Virus record (IMG/VR): IMGVR_UViG_3300002092_001237
Location: 32,001-96,000 of that record
Source: a virus
Length of the DNA: 64,000 nucleotides
Direction: 5' to 3' (one strand)
Shown in pieces: positions 39,687-47,684 of this stretch. The first letter of the stretch is position 1. Each line of letters begins with the position of its first letter. The translations under genes were made by a program, and so were the position numbers. The notes beneath the pieces were generated by a model, which did no database searches, was not told the origin of the DNA, and saw only the letters and a list, made by a program, of their open reading frames with translations.

Positions 39687-39794
39687 TGTTTTTTCCTTTT
39701 GTTTAGAATAGTAATTATACACTTAAGACTTGTTGGATTACGAGTCTTGAGTTTCGACTACCCCGTTCATTCTTTTTTACAGAACCAACGAGTA

Positions 39795-40058
39795 TTATTT
39801 AGTTGTAAGAGGCTTTGCAATAACCGGTACTAAAACAACTGGAGTTGTATTTGCTACTGGTGCAACCATTGGCTTAATAACGACTGGAGTTGTTGGTGCT
39901 GGAGGTGCAACCATTGGCTTAATAACGACTGGAGTTGTTGGTGCTGGAGGTGCAACCATTGGCTTAATAACGACTGGGGTTGGGGTCGGAGCCGATGCTG
40001 CTGATGCTGCATTAACGAACGCAAAAAGTGCAAGTGCCACTGTTGTTGTCTTAATCAT
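39795..40058 (-). CDS. Secreted Pro/Val/Thr-rich repeat protein
   Basis: Signal peptide followed by TPVVIKPMVAPPAPT repeats. Confidence 0.65.
   Translation of the reverse strand: MIKTTTVALALFAFVNAASAASAPTPTPVVIKPMVAPPAPTTPVVIKPMVAPPAPTTPVVIKPMVAPVANTTPVVLVPVIAKPLTTK
39838..39980. repeat. 45-bp tandem repeat, about 3 copies, in the secreted protein gene
   Basis: ggtgcaaccattggcttaataacgactgg recurs at 45-nt spacing. Confidence 0.85.
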
Positions 40059-40119
40059 AACTTTTTTCTCCTGTGTGTGTTAAGTTATAAGTGTATATTA
40101 TAGTCTTATTTACGCCTTG

Positions 40120-40512
40120 TCAACCTGCGTGTTCTCGATAAAGTTTAAGACTTTCCGAGTTCAATGGTAAAAAATCCGTCGGTACAGATTCAACCTTAAA
40201 TCCATGCCCTTTGATGATTTTCTCTACTGTTTCGATCATCTCGTACCAATGAATATCGCTGATCCATTCAGTATAACCCGCCCCTTCATTTAGGATCATC
40301 TTCTTATAGTGCTTTTTTACTTCTCGTTCGAGACGTTCAATTTCTCCGCCGTCTCCAACCCAACAATGCTGCCAGTTACATTTAAAGCGAGGACCCAAAG
40401 CATTTTGATAAGTTCCAAGGCGACCGTGCGCCTTGGAAAGTGTTGTGATACCTGCCTTAGTATCGACTCCACCATCGGGCGGAGACATCAGGTAGAATAA
40501 TTTTTTAGACAT
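40120..40512 (-). CDS. Putative T5orf172/GIY-YIG-like protein
   Basis: FYLM...KAGIT...RL..YQ...E..VK...TEW pattern. Confidence 0.45.
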   Translation of the reverse strand: MSKKLFYLMSPPDGGVDTKAGITTLSKAHGRLGTYQNALGPRFKCNWQHCWVGDGGEIERLEREVKKHYKKMILNEGAGYTEWISDIHWYEMIETVEKIIKGHGFKVESVPTDFLPLNSESLKLYREHAG

Positions 40513-41626
40513 TGAATCGTACCACTGGAGCAGCTACAGGTTCATTATTGATATATTTGTTATAGATCAGTAACAGCCCACTAACAACCTGTACAGGGTG
40601 ATTATCACGACCAAGTGGATGCGTAGCTGAATACATAGACTTGATGTCTTCCTGCACTTTTTCTGCGCTACCGATATTGTTACGCAGATATTGACCTAGA
40701 TCATCGTCAAATTGTGCGCTAGGCATCTGGCCAATCTGAGCATCGCACAGCGCATATAGCATAGTCATAGGTCGCATAACTTCTGCTTCGATGCTCGCCA
40801 TGGGCCAATGTTTACGATGGAAAGTCAATGCTCGGGCGAGATACACACCTTTCATACCCATTTTATTTTGAAGTTCATAACATTCCCACAGTGCTTCAAA
40901 ATGCGTCACATCACCGGCTGTTCTCTTATAACGGTAAGGTTGGCAGTTATTAGCCTTAAGAATATTAAAGATAGATACGGTATCAACATCTTTAGTTTCC
41001 AAAAGAATCATAAATTCATCATACCCACCAACAGGACGCTTAAAGGTTTTATTAATTCGAATAAAACTACGACCTGCGAGCCCAATCATTGCTTCTTCGG
41101 CTTCGTCAAGTTCAGTCAAAGAAAGGTCATCAACGTCTGTATACCAAACAGGGATATGTGTCCAACCCCGGCGAATCAACAACTGTGATGTATGACCGCC
41201 GTCCCATAGACAAAAATGAACAACGCCATTAAGGTCTACAAATTTAACAGCACAGGGAACGATAATCATTCTGCTGTCAAAATTGGCTTCGATATTCTTA
41301 ATATGATTTGGAGCAACATCTCGCTGGAACCGAGGATCATAAAAACACTGTGACAATTCGACCCAAGCAAATTTAGGAATCTTTTTTAGTCCACGTGGAT
41401 CAATAGTTTGACGATTAATCAACGGATTACCAATAACAGCCTCAATACCATCGGCGATATCTAAGATAGGGATTCTTTTTCCAGGATAGTTATTAACCAT
41501 TTCACGGAGGTCGATCGCTTTATTCTCAACGTCAAATGGGATTTTAAATTTACCCAACCAGTTGCGGATTCGTTGCTTAGTCGGAATAACAGTAGTCGCG
41601 GTAATAGTAGTAAGTGACATTTTCAT
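40505..41626 (-). CDS. ParB/Srx-like (DUF6551/DGQH-type) protein
   Basis: DPRFQRDV...I..NFD...WDGGHT motif order. Confidence 0.55.
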   Translation of the reverse strand: MKMSLTTITATTVIPTKQRIRNWLGKFKIPFDVENKAIDLREMVNNYPGKRIPILDIADGIEAVIGNPLINRQTIDPRGLKKIPKFAWVELSQCFYDPRFQRDVAPNHIKNIEANFDSRMIIVPCAVKFVDLNGVVHFCLWDGGHTSQLLIRRGWTHIPVWYTDVDDLSLTELDEAEEAMIGLAGRSFIRINKTFKRPVGGYDEFMILLETKDVDTVSIFNILKANNCQPYRYKRTAGDVTHFEALWECYELQNKMGMKGVYLARALTFHRKHWPMASIEAEVMRPMTMLYALCDAQIGQMPSAQFDDDLGQYLRNNIGSAEKVQEDIKSMYSATHPLGRDNHPVQVVSGLLLIYNKYINNEPVAAPVVRFNV

Positions 41627-41744
41627 TTTATATCTCCAGTTTGCTAGATCTAATCTAGACTTTAAGGTTAACTCTTTAGTTTGTTAACTTTAAATACTAT
41701 ATGATATAATTTGATGTTAGTCAACCTGTATTTTAAAGGGTAAA

Positions 41745-41819
41745 TGGAGCGGGAGAAGGGATTCGAACCCTCGACATCAACCTTGGCAAGGTTGCGCTCT
41801 ACCCCTGAGCTACTCCCGC
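41745..41819 (-). tRNA. tRNA-Gly(GCC)
   Basis: Cloverleaf, CAACC-TTGCCAA-GGTTG, ends TCCA. Confidence 0.95.
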
Positions 41820-41831
41820 ATCCTTTATTTA

Positions 41832-41906
41832 TGGCTGAGGAACTAGGACTCGAACCTAGATTGACGGAGTCAAAGTCCGCTCTCCTACCGATTAGAGGAT
41901 TCCTCA
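41832..41906 (-). tRNA. tRNA-Gln(UUG)
   Basis: GCGGA-CTTTGAC-TCCGT, U1-A72, ends GCCA. Confidence 0.93.
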
Positions 41907-41910
41907 ACAA

Positions 41911-42107
41911 TGGCGGCCCGATATTGACACGTTTTGGATGAGCAGGCTCGGGCCAACACCTCCTCCGTAGATAGGTACTGTCTGAAACCTATCCAGTTTG
42001 TGCTAGCTAGGCTAGCGCAATGTGTGGAAAGATAGACTCCACACGGTCTTCTATACAGGTCCCTGCTTGCCCCTATATAGACTGACGGTATTTTTTGCAG
42101 GACCGCC
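41911..42107 (-). ncRNA. Candidate structured ncRNA (~197 nt) ending in CCA
   Basis: Four hairpins, a possible pseudoknot and a GGCCCGA/TCGGGCC-G-CCA end; lies between tRNA-Lys and tRNA-Gln. Confidence 0.6.
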
Positions 42108-42112
42108 AAACT

Positions 42113-42186
42113 TGGTGAACCTACCGAGATTCGAACTCGGATCAACGGATTAAAAGTCCGCTGCTCTACCATTGAGCTATGGGTCC
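42113..42186 (-). tRNA. tRNA-Lys(UUU)
   Basis: GCGGA-CTTTTAA-TCCGT; one acceptor-stem mismatch; encoded CCA. Confidence 0.9.
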
Positions 42187-42215
42187 TAAGACCCATAACA
42201 CACAGGTCTTTGTTG

Positions 42216-42719
42216 TTAATCGTGTCGCGGCATAGTGGCCGCTTCTTTTACGATTTCAATTACTTCATCTAACGAAGAACAGATAATTTTAGTTGTAATC
42301 CAATTATCATCTTCGCTACGTCCACCTACTTCTACCATATATCCATTGTCATACATGTTGATAGTAAATGACTCGTTAACCTTATGTAGTTTATCTGAGA
42401 TCTTTGTAGTCATAACACTTTTCCTTTGTTTTAAGTTGTGGTATCGAACGATATATCCGTCATGTAAATTTTCTTCATTACGAACAAGCCAGTTACTTGT
42501 TACATTACTTTGAAGAATACCATATTTGGTGACAGATTGTTTTAGTTGTTTACCATTATCTGTTGTATTAGCTAACGGAATATGTATTTGTCCACTACCC
42601 TCTAATCTCGATAAGACATCATGTAAGATTGGTTTAAAAAACTCAAAACTAACAGTATCTTTTGTAGATTCTGGGGTATCAGTACCATATGCTTCTTGCC
42701 AAGTTTTTGTCTTAGTCAT
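42216..42719 (-). CDS. Hypothetical protein (possible internal start at MTTKISDK)
   Basis: GAGG RBS at the 5' start and AAGGA before the internal ATG. Confidence 0.5.
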   Translation of the reverse strand: MTKTKTWQEAYGTDTPESTKDTVSFEFFKPILHDVLSRLEGSGQIHIPLANTTDNGKQLKQSVTKYGILQSNVTSNWLVRNEENLHDGYIVRYHNLKQRKSVMTTKISDKLHKVNESFTINMYDNGYMVEVGGRSEDDNWITTKIICSSLDEVIEIVKEAATMPRHD

Positions 42720-42728
42720 GTTTTCCTC

Positions 42729-42998
42729 TTATAGTGTTACGTGGTCTACTACTTCGTCTCGGTAGATTACGATCTTAGCAGTAGTATGCTCTCTTACGAA
42801 ATCTTTAATACGAGCATCAATATAAAGATCTAGGTGCTCTCTCATCTTATTCTTAGATGGATCGTATCGGCTTTCTTTAATACTATCTCGTCTATTAACA
42901 CTACCGCGTTGTTCGGCTTCCCAGGCATCGTCGGCAGCATCCATCATTTCTTCTAGTTCATCACAAAACGCATTCCAGTGTTTGTCTTGCTCGCTCAT
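42729..42998 (-). CDS. Hypothetical protein
   Basis: GAGG RBS; 89 aa. Confidence 0.5.
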   Translation of the reverse strand: MSEQDKHWNAFCDELEEMMDAADDAWEAEQRGSVNRRDSIKESRYDPSKNKMREHLDLYIDARIKDFVREHTTAKIVIYRDEVVDHVTL

Positions 42999-43014
42999 CG
43001 TTTCCTCATATAGT

Positions 43015-43089
43015 TGGCTGGAGTGGCAGGATTCGAACCTGCGACCAAGTGATTAACAGTCACCTGCGCTACCGCTGCGCCACACTCCA
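43015..43089 (-). tRNA. tRNA-Asn(GUU)
   Basis: GGTGA-CTGTTAA-TCACT, ends GCCA. Confidence 0.95.
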
Positions 43090-43095
43090 ACATTT

Positions 43096-43171
43096 TGGTG
43101 CCCCAGGAGAGATTCGAACTCCCACCACCTGGTACCTAAAACCAGTGTCTCTACCATTGGACTACTGGGGC
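43096..43171 (-). tRNA. tRNA-Leu(UAG), short variable loop
   Basis: CTGGT-TTTAGGT-ACCAG; 5-nt variable loop; A73. Confidence 0.9.
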
Positions 43172-43223
43172 AATCTTAATGTTCCTTATATTAACAGCAT
43201 TTACTTATTGTGTCAACCTTTTA

Positions 43224-43832
43224 TTACCAGCCCCACCATTTCGTTAGATACTGTGGTCGATTTGCTCGCAACCACGGGAGTGCATCGTTATTTAATTTGT
43301 TGTAATCAACACCTACAGTCTGTGATCCAACGTGATGTACATATGCTCGTGATATAAAGTTTTTAAATCCCTGTTCGTTTAGATCTTCGCAGATCACATC
43401 ATCTGAATACCAATTTAATGGTCCGAACTGTGCAACATCAAACGCTTTCTTTGAGATCCAAGCAAATAAAGGTGATACAACACTAGCTTCTAAACATTGG
43501 CTTCCGTCGTTATGTTTAATATGTTGTGAATCACGGACGAAATCGGCTCTAGTTGCGACTATGCCTACGTTATCCCTATACTGCTGTTTTAACTGTTCAA
43601 CGTCTTCCATGAGTATTCTCATAGTGTCTGGGCGTAACACAATATCATCATTTGCAACGATCATTTCATCACAGGTTTCAAATACTTCACTCATTGCAGC
43701 ATTGTATACTTCACCAAACGTAGCAGGGGCAGGACGAAATATGTTTAAAGTTGCTTCGGGAGCATAGTGTTTAACACTAGCTTCCATCATTGGTAAGCAG
43801 GGCGATCCTGCTGTGCATACTACGATATTCAT
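43224..43832 (-). CDS. Family 2-like glycosyltransferase
   Basis: FG..YN.A...NDDI...WYSDD...YVHHVGSQT motifs. Confidence 0.75.
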   Translation of the reverse strand: MNIVVCTAGSPCLPMMEASVKHYAPEATLNIFRPAPATFGEVYNAAMSEVFETCDEMIVANDDIVLRPDTMRILMEDVEQLKQQYRDNVGIVATRADFVRDSQHIKHNDGSQCLEASVVSPLFAWISKKAFDVAQFGPLNWYSDDVICEDLNEQGFKNFISRAYVHHVGSQTVGVDYNKLNNDALPWLRANRPQYLTKWWGW

Positions 43833-43852
43833 TTTAACCTTTCTTATATTGT

Positions 43853-43929
43853 TGGAGCATCCGGAGGGATTCGAACCCCCGACCGTCGCGTTCGAAGCGC
43901 GAAGCTCTAATCCACTGAGCTACGGATGC
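43853..43929 (-). tRNA. tRNA-Arg(UCG)
   Basis: TCGCG-CTTCGAA-CGCGA; encoded CCA. Confidence 0.92.
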
Positions 43930-43939
43930 GTTGCCTGTC

Positions 43940-44035
43940 TCGGCTACTATTGTAATACTCGGCTGTAGGTGACTAACCCACAATATCTCACCCCGTTAAG
44001 GGGAGCCACCGATTGCTATTAACAATAGTAGCCGA
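43940..44035 (-). ncRNA. Candidate structured ncRNA (~96 nt)
   Basis: Perfect 14-bp terminal stem enclosing two hairpins. Confidence 0.55.
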
Positions 44036-44039
44036 TCTA

Positions 44040-44125
44040 TGGTGGGGCGTCCTGGTAACGATCCAGGCCAGTGCTTAGACGCTGGATTTACAGTCCAGAC
44101 CCCGTCCTTAGAGGTATACCGCCCC
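44040..44125 (-). tRNA. tRNA-Tyr(GUA), atypical T-loop
   Basis: CTGGA-CTGTAAA-TCCAG, long variable arm, T-loop ATCGTTA. Confidence 0.88.
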
Positions 44126-44219
44126 TTAACTCTTATTTTAACTATAATACCGTTGGCCTATTTTGTCAACTATTATAATAGTAGCAGATAATTAATATTA
44201 ATCCAAAAGGAGATATAAG

Positions 44220-44579
44220 ATGGATATTATTAATCAGATCCACGGCAGCAGTTTTGCTCTTGCTGTGATTGTTACAAGCGTAGTATGGTATATTGCTTTT
44301 AAAATTTATGCATGGTGGCTTAAGAAAGAACTAAAAGAACAGATGCATAGCGATCTTCCTCTAAGTATGGAAGACATTGAGCATAGCCGTAATTTAGAAA
44401 GAGCAGTGCATGATGTAGAACTACGTCGTCGTGATCTAAAGATCGCAGAACAAAAGCTCGCAGTAGCCGAAGCTGATGCTAAGGTAGAAAGTAGCTTATC
44501 TCGTATCGACGAACTTAATCATGAGATTGAAGTTGTTAAGATCGACAAAGCAGCTAAGAAAGCTATCACTAAAATCTAA
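44220..44579 (+). CDS. Membrane-anchored coiled-coil protein
   Basis: AAGGAG RBS, N-terminal TM segment. Confidence 0.6.
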   Translation: MDIINQIHGSSFALAVIVTSVVWYIAFKIYAWWLKKELKEQMHSDLPLSMEDIEHSRNLERAVHDVELRRRDLKIAEQKLAVAEADAKVESSLSRIDELNHEIEVVKIDKAAKKAITKI

Positions 44580-44656
44580 TGGTGATCTCGGCATGACTCG
44601 AACATGCGACCCACGGTTTAGGAAACCGTTGCTCTGTCCAGCTGAGCTACGAGACC
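44580..44656 (-). tRNA. tRNA-Arg(CCU)
   Basis: ACGGT-TTCCTAA-ACCGT; encoded CCA. Confidence 0.93.
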
Positions 44657-44666
44657 GATAAAAAAG

Positions 44667-44813
44667 TTGAGAGGGACGAGTGTCGACCCTCTTTTCAATA
44701 TCCGGGTTCCCAAGGTTAAAAGAAATTCCCCTTAGGGACTCTTACCCGACCTCGATGTGGTTGGTTCACTATGTGAACGATCAACTCATCCGTGCTACTA
44801 TACTGCCTCTCAA
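44667..44813 (-). ncRNA. Candidate structured ncRNA (~147 nt)
   Basis: TTGAGAGG/CCTCTCAA terminal stem, internal hairpins, T-arm-like 3' part. Confidence 0.55.
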
Positions 44814-44817
44814 AACT

Positions 44818-44907
44818 TGGCAGAAAGGGTGGGATTCGAACCCACGGAACGCTCTCACGTTCGTCAGTTTTCAAGACTGAAGGCATCAACCGCTCGCCCA
44901 CCTTTCC
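44818..44907 (-). tRNA. tRNA-Ser(UGA)
   Basis: TCAGT-CTTGAAA-ACTGA; long variable arm; G73. Confidence 0.93.
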
Positions 44908-44912
44908 AAACT

Positions 44913-44989
44913 TGGCGACCTGTAGGGGTAACGATCCCCTCATCTCTAGCGTGACAGGCTAGCGTCTTCACCATGCCGACTCACAGGCC
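44913..44989 (-). tRNA. tRNA-Asp(GUC), atypical
   Basis: CTAGC-CTGTCAC-GCTAG; G at position 8; T-loop ATCGTTA. Confidence 0.9.
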
Positions 44990-44998
44990 AATATTCTC

Positions 44999-45110
44999 TA
45001 GATGCGTAGGCGCTCGAATCCCTCACCAGCGGACGCTTTGGACCTGTCCACCCCGGAGCCACCCAACGGGCTGGGCACCATTACCCCATTAAGGCTCGAT
45101 AACGCATCTA
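44999..45110 (-). ncRNA. Candidate structured ncRNA (~112 nt)
   Basis: TAGATGCGT/ACGCATCTA terminal stem with GC-rich internal hairpins. Confidence 0.55.
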
Positions 45111-45114
45111 ATCT

Positions 45115-45191
<77 letters not shown>

Positions 45192-45197
45192 ATAAAC

Positions 45198-45614
45198 TTA
45201 CTTTAAAGACTTACTAATTTCTTCGTAAGCCCTTACTGTAGGGGGATGGATTTTATCCTTACCTACTTTATCACTTATATCCATAACGTAATCGCCGAAT
45301 TCGCTAGAGATTTTCTGTACTAGATCATACTGTTTTGTTTTTACTTCCTTGCTAGGAAGGATCCAAATAACACGACCTTCTTTGATCAGTTTGCGTGTTT
45401 TAAGCATCCAATCATAACTTTTCTCATTTTGGTCGTTGCTGCCTAAGCTGATAACAACATACTTGTAAGTTTCCATATCAAACAGCGGACGATTGTGATT
45501 TTTCTTATACCAGTCTGCACTGTTGATACCAATTTCAGTCATTCGAACACAATCAGGCTTTACACTTGCGATGCCCGAAGCGATACTATCACCGATGATT
45601 AAACATTCTAGCAT
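45198..45614 (-). CDS. SGNH/GDSL hydrolase-like protein
   Basis: IIGDSIA, ISLGSND and DKIHP motifs. Confidence 0.8.
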   Translation of the reverse strand: MLECLIIGDSIASGIASVKPDCVRMTEIGINSADWYKKNHNRPLFDMETYKYVVISLGSNDQNEKSYDWMLKTRKLIKEGRVIWILPSKEVKTKQYDLVQKISSEFGDYVMDISDKVGKDKIHPPTVRAYEEISKSLK

Positions 45615-45682
45615 ATGTTCTCCTAACTGTTAAACTTAGTATATAATATGCTAGCATTTCTGTCAACCTGATAAATATTGCT

Positions 45683-46069
45683 ATGAAAAGAATAATAGCG
45701 GTACTAGCACTATTAACACTCTCGGCTTGTAACTCCATCGACGTTAGTACTGTCGTCCCAAGTTTCTGGGACGACAATCAAAGCCGTAGCATCATAAACA
45801 CTTACCAATTAGCAGTAAACGTAGATTGTAAAGAACCACAAGCAGCACAAGCACAAGCGATTGTTCGTGAACTACAGTGGTTCCAACTTTATAGCGAAAG
45901 CAAAGGTATGCTACAGAAAGACGTCCTCAAACTGATTGAGCCTATGCAGACCACTTCTAAAGAATGGGCAGACAGAGAAGCACCTAGTGAGGGCTACTGT
46001 AAGATAAAGAAGAACATAATGATCACGCAGGCTAAAGCAGCATCATCAGCCGTATTAGGGAGATTCTAA
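45683..46069 (+). CDS. Lipoprotein
   Basis: Lipobox LSAC; GATAAATA at 45670-45677. Confidence 0.7.
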   Translation: MKRIIAVLALLTLSACNSIDVSTVVPSFWDDNQSRSIINTYQLAVNVDCKEPQAAQAQAIVRELQWFQLYSESKGMLQKDVLKLIEPMQTTSKEWADREAPSEGYCKIKKNIMITQAKAASSAVLGRF

Positions 46070-46299
46070 TGACTAAACTAAATGAACTCGTAGGTTGTGG
46101 CCACGGATGGGCCGAAGAACGTGCTCAGATGGCAATGGATATAATCGAGCAACGTAATAGCGGTGCTATTACACCCAGTGAGGCTAAAGAATTGCTCGAA
46201 GACCTAGTTGCTACTGATAAACTAGAAGCAGTAGCAGACAATATACAAGTTAAAGCAGCATTGATCAGTGCGATCTCTATCGCTGCTAAGTTTGCTTAA
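46069..46299 (+). CDS. Hypothetical protein
   Basis: TAATG coupling to the lipoprotein gene. Confidence 0.55.
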   Translation: MTKLNELVGCGHGWAEERAQMAMDIIEQRNSGAITPSEAKELLEDLVATDKLEAVADNIQVKAALISAISIAAKFA

Positions 46300-46300
46300 T

Positions 46301-46377
46301 TGGTGCGTCTGATTGGACTCGAACCAACAACGCCTAGCACCTCAAGCTAGTGTCTCTACCAATTGGACTACAGACGC
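46301..46377 (-). tRNA. tRNA-Leu(GAG), short variable loop
   Basis: CTAGC-TTGAGGT-GCTAG; 5-nt variable loop; A73. Confidence 0.9.
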
Positions 46378-46381
46378 ATAT

Positions 46382-46456
46382 TGGAGGTCAGGATGGGAAT
46401 CGAACCCACATAAAACAGTTTTGCAGACTGTCCCATAACCGTTCTGGCACCTGACC
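46382..46456 (-). tRNA. tRNA-Cys(GCA)
   Basis: ACAGT-CTGCAAA-ACTGT; U73. Confidence 0.93.
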
Positions 46457-46462
46457 ATAACT

Positions 46463-46538
46463 TGGTACCCGCTGTTGGTTTCGATCCAACTCTTTCAGTT
46501 CCACAAACTGACGTGCTAGCCACTAACACTAAGCAGGC
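46463..46538 (-). tRNA. tRNA-His(GUG), alphaproteobacterial type (no G-1)
   Basis: TCAGT-TTGTGGA-ACTGA; C at -1, G1-U72, A73. Confidence 0.9.
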
Positions 46539-46545
46539 GTAAACT

Positions 46546-46622
46546 TGGTTGGCCCTGCTGGACTTGAACCAGCGACCTTTCGGTTATCAGCCGAATGCTC
46601 TCGCCATCTGAGCTAAGGGCCA
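46546..46622 (-). tRNA. tRNA-Ile(GAU)
   Basis: TTCGG-CTGATAA-CCGAA; encoded CCA. Confidence 0.93.
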
Positions 46623-46632
46623 TAAATACCCC

Positions 46633-47238
46633 ATGACCGAAAAACAAACAATATTAGCGATGTATTCGGGAGGATTAGATAGTTTATATATGGTATATAA
46701 ACTTTTAACTTCGGATGAATATTCAGATAAACGTGTACATATACATCATGTACACATTCATAATGTAGAAGATCGTTTTAAAGCAGAAGCATTGATGGTT
46801 AATGCTGCGTTAACAGAATTAAAACAACGCGGCTTTACCTTTATCTATAGTGAAAGCAAAATCTCTAGTCCGGCATTTCGAAAAAATAACAAAGTGTCAT
46901 ATATATACGATTGGGACATTGTAAGATTTTATGCCGGTTGGATAGCCAGCGTAAATCCAGATATTAGTGCTATTGCCATTGGGCGTGAGCAGTCTGACGC
47001 TGGTGGATTTAACCAATATGATTCAGCCGATGCGTTAGTAAAATACTTTACAGACATTCCTTTGATATATCCAGTGTTAGACATGCACAAATACGAAATG
47101 TATGACAAATTACCAGACTGGTTAAAAGATAAATTCTGGAGTTGTCGTACGCCTATCTATCAAAATAATATTCCCACTAAATGTGGTTTTTGTGGTACTT
47201 GTAAAAAATTATTAAAATACAACATCGGTGGATCATAA
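46633..47238 (+). CDS. QueC-like PP-loop ATPase (7-cyano-7-deazaguanine synthase-like)
   Basis: SGGLDS PP-loop and WSC-x11-CGFCGTC zinc site. Confidence 0.75.
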   Translation: MTEKQTILAMYSGGLDSLYMVYKLLTSDEYSDKRVHIHHVHIHNVEDRFKAEALMVNAALTELKQRGFTFIYSESKISSPAFRKNNKVSYIYDWDIVRFYAGWIASVNPDISAIAIGREQSDAGGFNQYDSADALVKYFTDIPLIYPVLDMHKYEMYDKLPDWLKDKFWSCRTPIYQNNIPTKCGFCGTCKKLLKYNIGGS

Positions 47239-47245
47239 ATAATCT

Positions 47246-47563
47246 GTGACAAGTTACATTTACATTATAGGTAGTGATAAGCCTCCTTATAAAGTAGGCA
47301 TTAGCAAAAACCCACAGCGTAGATTACGTGATCTCCAAACTGGACATCCTTATCCTCTCGCCATACATTCTATAATTGAAACTCCAACTTCTAATAATAA
47401 ACTATTAGAAAGCATCATTCATCGTAATCTAAAGCATCTACGCACGAGCGGAGAATGGTTTGATATACCTTTAGAAGTACTTAAATTAGAAGTTGATTTT
47501 GTTATGATACGCTACAGCGAAGATTCTACGCTTAAAACGAGAATAACTCAGAATATATTGTAG
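47246..47563 (+). CDS. T5orf172 (GIY-YIG-like) domain protein
   Basis: YIYII...KVGISKNP..RL..LQTG...E..IH...GEWF. Confidence 0.8.
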   Translation: MTSYIYIIGSDKPPYKVGISKNPQRRLRDLQTGHPYPLAIHSIIETPTSNNKLLESIIHRNLKHLRTSGEWFDIPLEVLKLEVDFVMIRYSEDSTLKTRITQNIL

Positions 47564-47566
47564 TGG

Positions 47567-47642
47567 TGGTGCCCAATGACGTATTCGAAACGCCGACCTA
47601 CTGATTACTAATCAGTTGCTCTGCCAGCTGAGCTAATTGGGC
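47567..47642 (-). tRNA. tRNA-Thr(AGU)
   Basis: ACTGA-TTAGTAA-TCAGT; A34 anticodon; encoded CCA. Confidence 0.9.
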
Positions 47643-47684
47643 TCTATTTTACTTATATCGTATATTTCTATATGACGTCGAATC

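Noticed and set aside
39838-39980. CRISPR array or DGR repeat
   Set aside because: The repeats are contiguous, in-frame coding repeats with no unique spacers; no cas or reverse transcriptase gene is in the window. The same applies to 25833-25942.
41911-42107. tmRNA, RNase P, 6S RNA or theta (HDV-like) ribozyme
   Set aside because: No tmRNA T-arm or CCACCA end, no RNase P P4 consensus, not a single long hairpin, and the flanking tRNAs already encode CCA. Kept as an unknown ncRNA.
44999-45110. 5S rRNA or SRP RNA
   Set aside because: Size fits, but the 5S CCGAAC and GAGAGUA motifs and the SRP GGAA-tetraloop helix 8 are missing.
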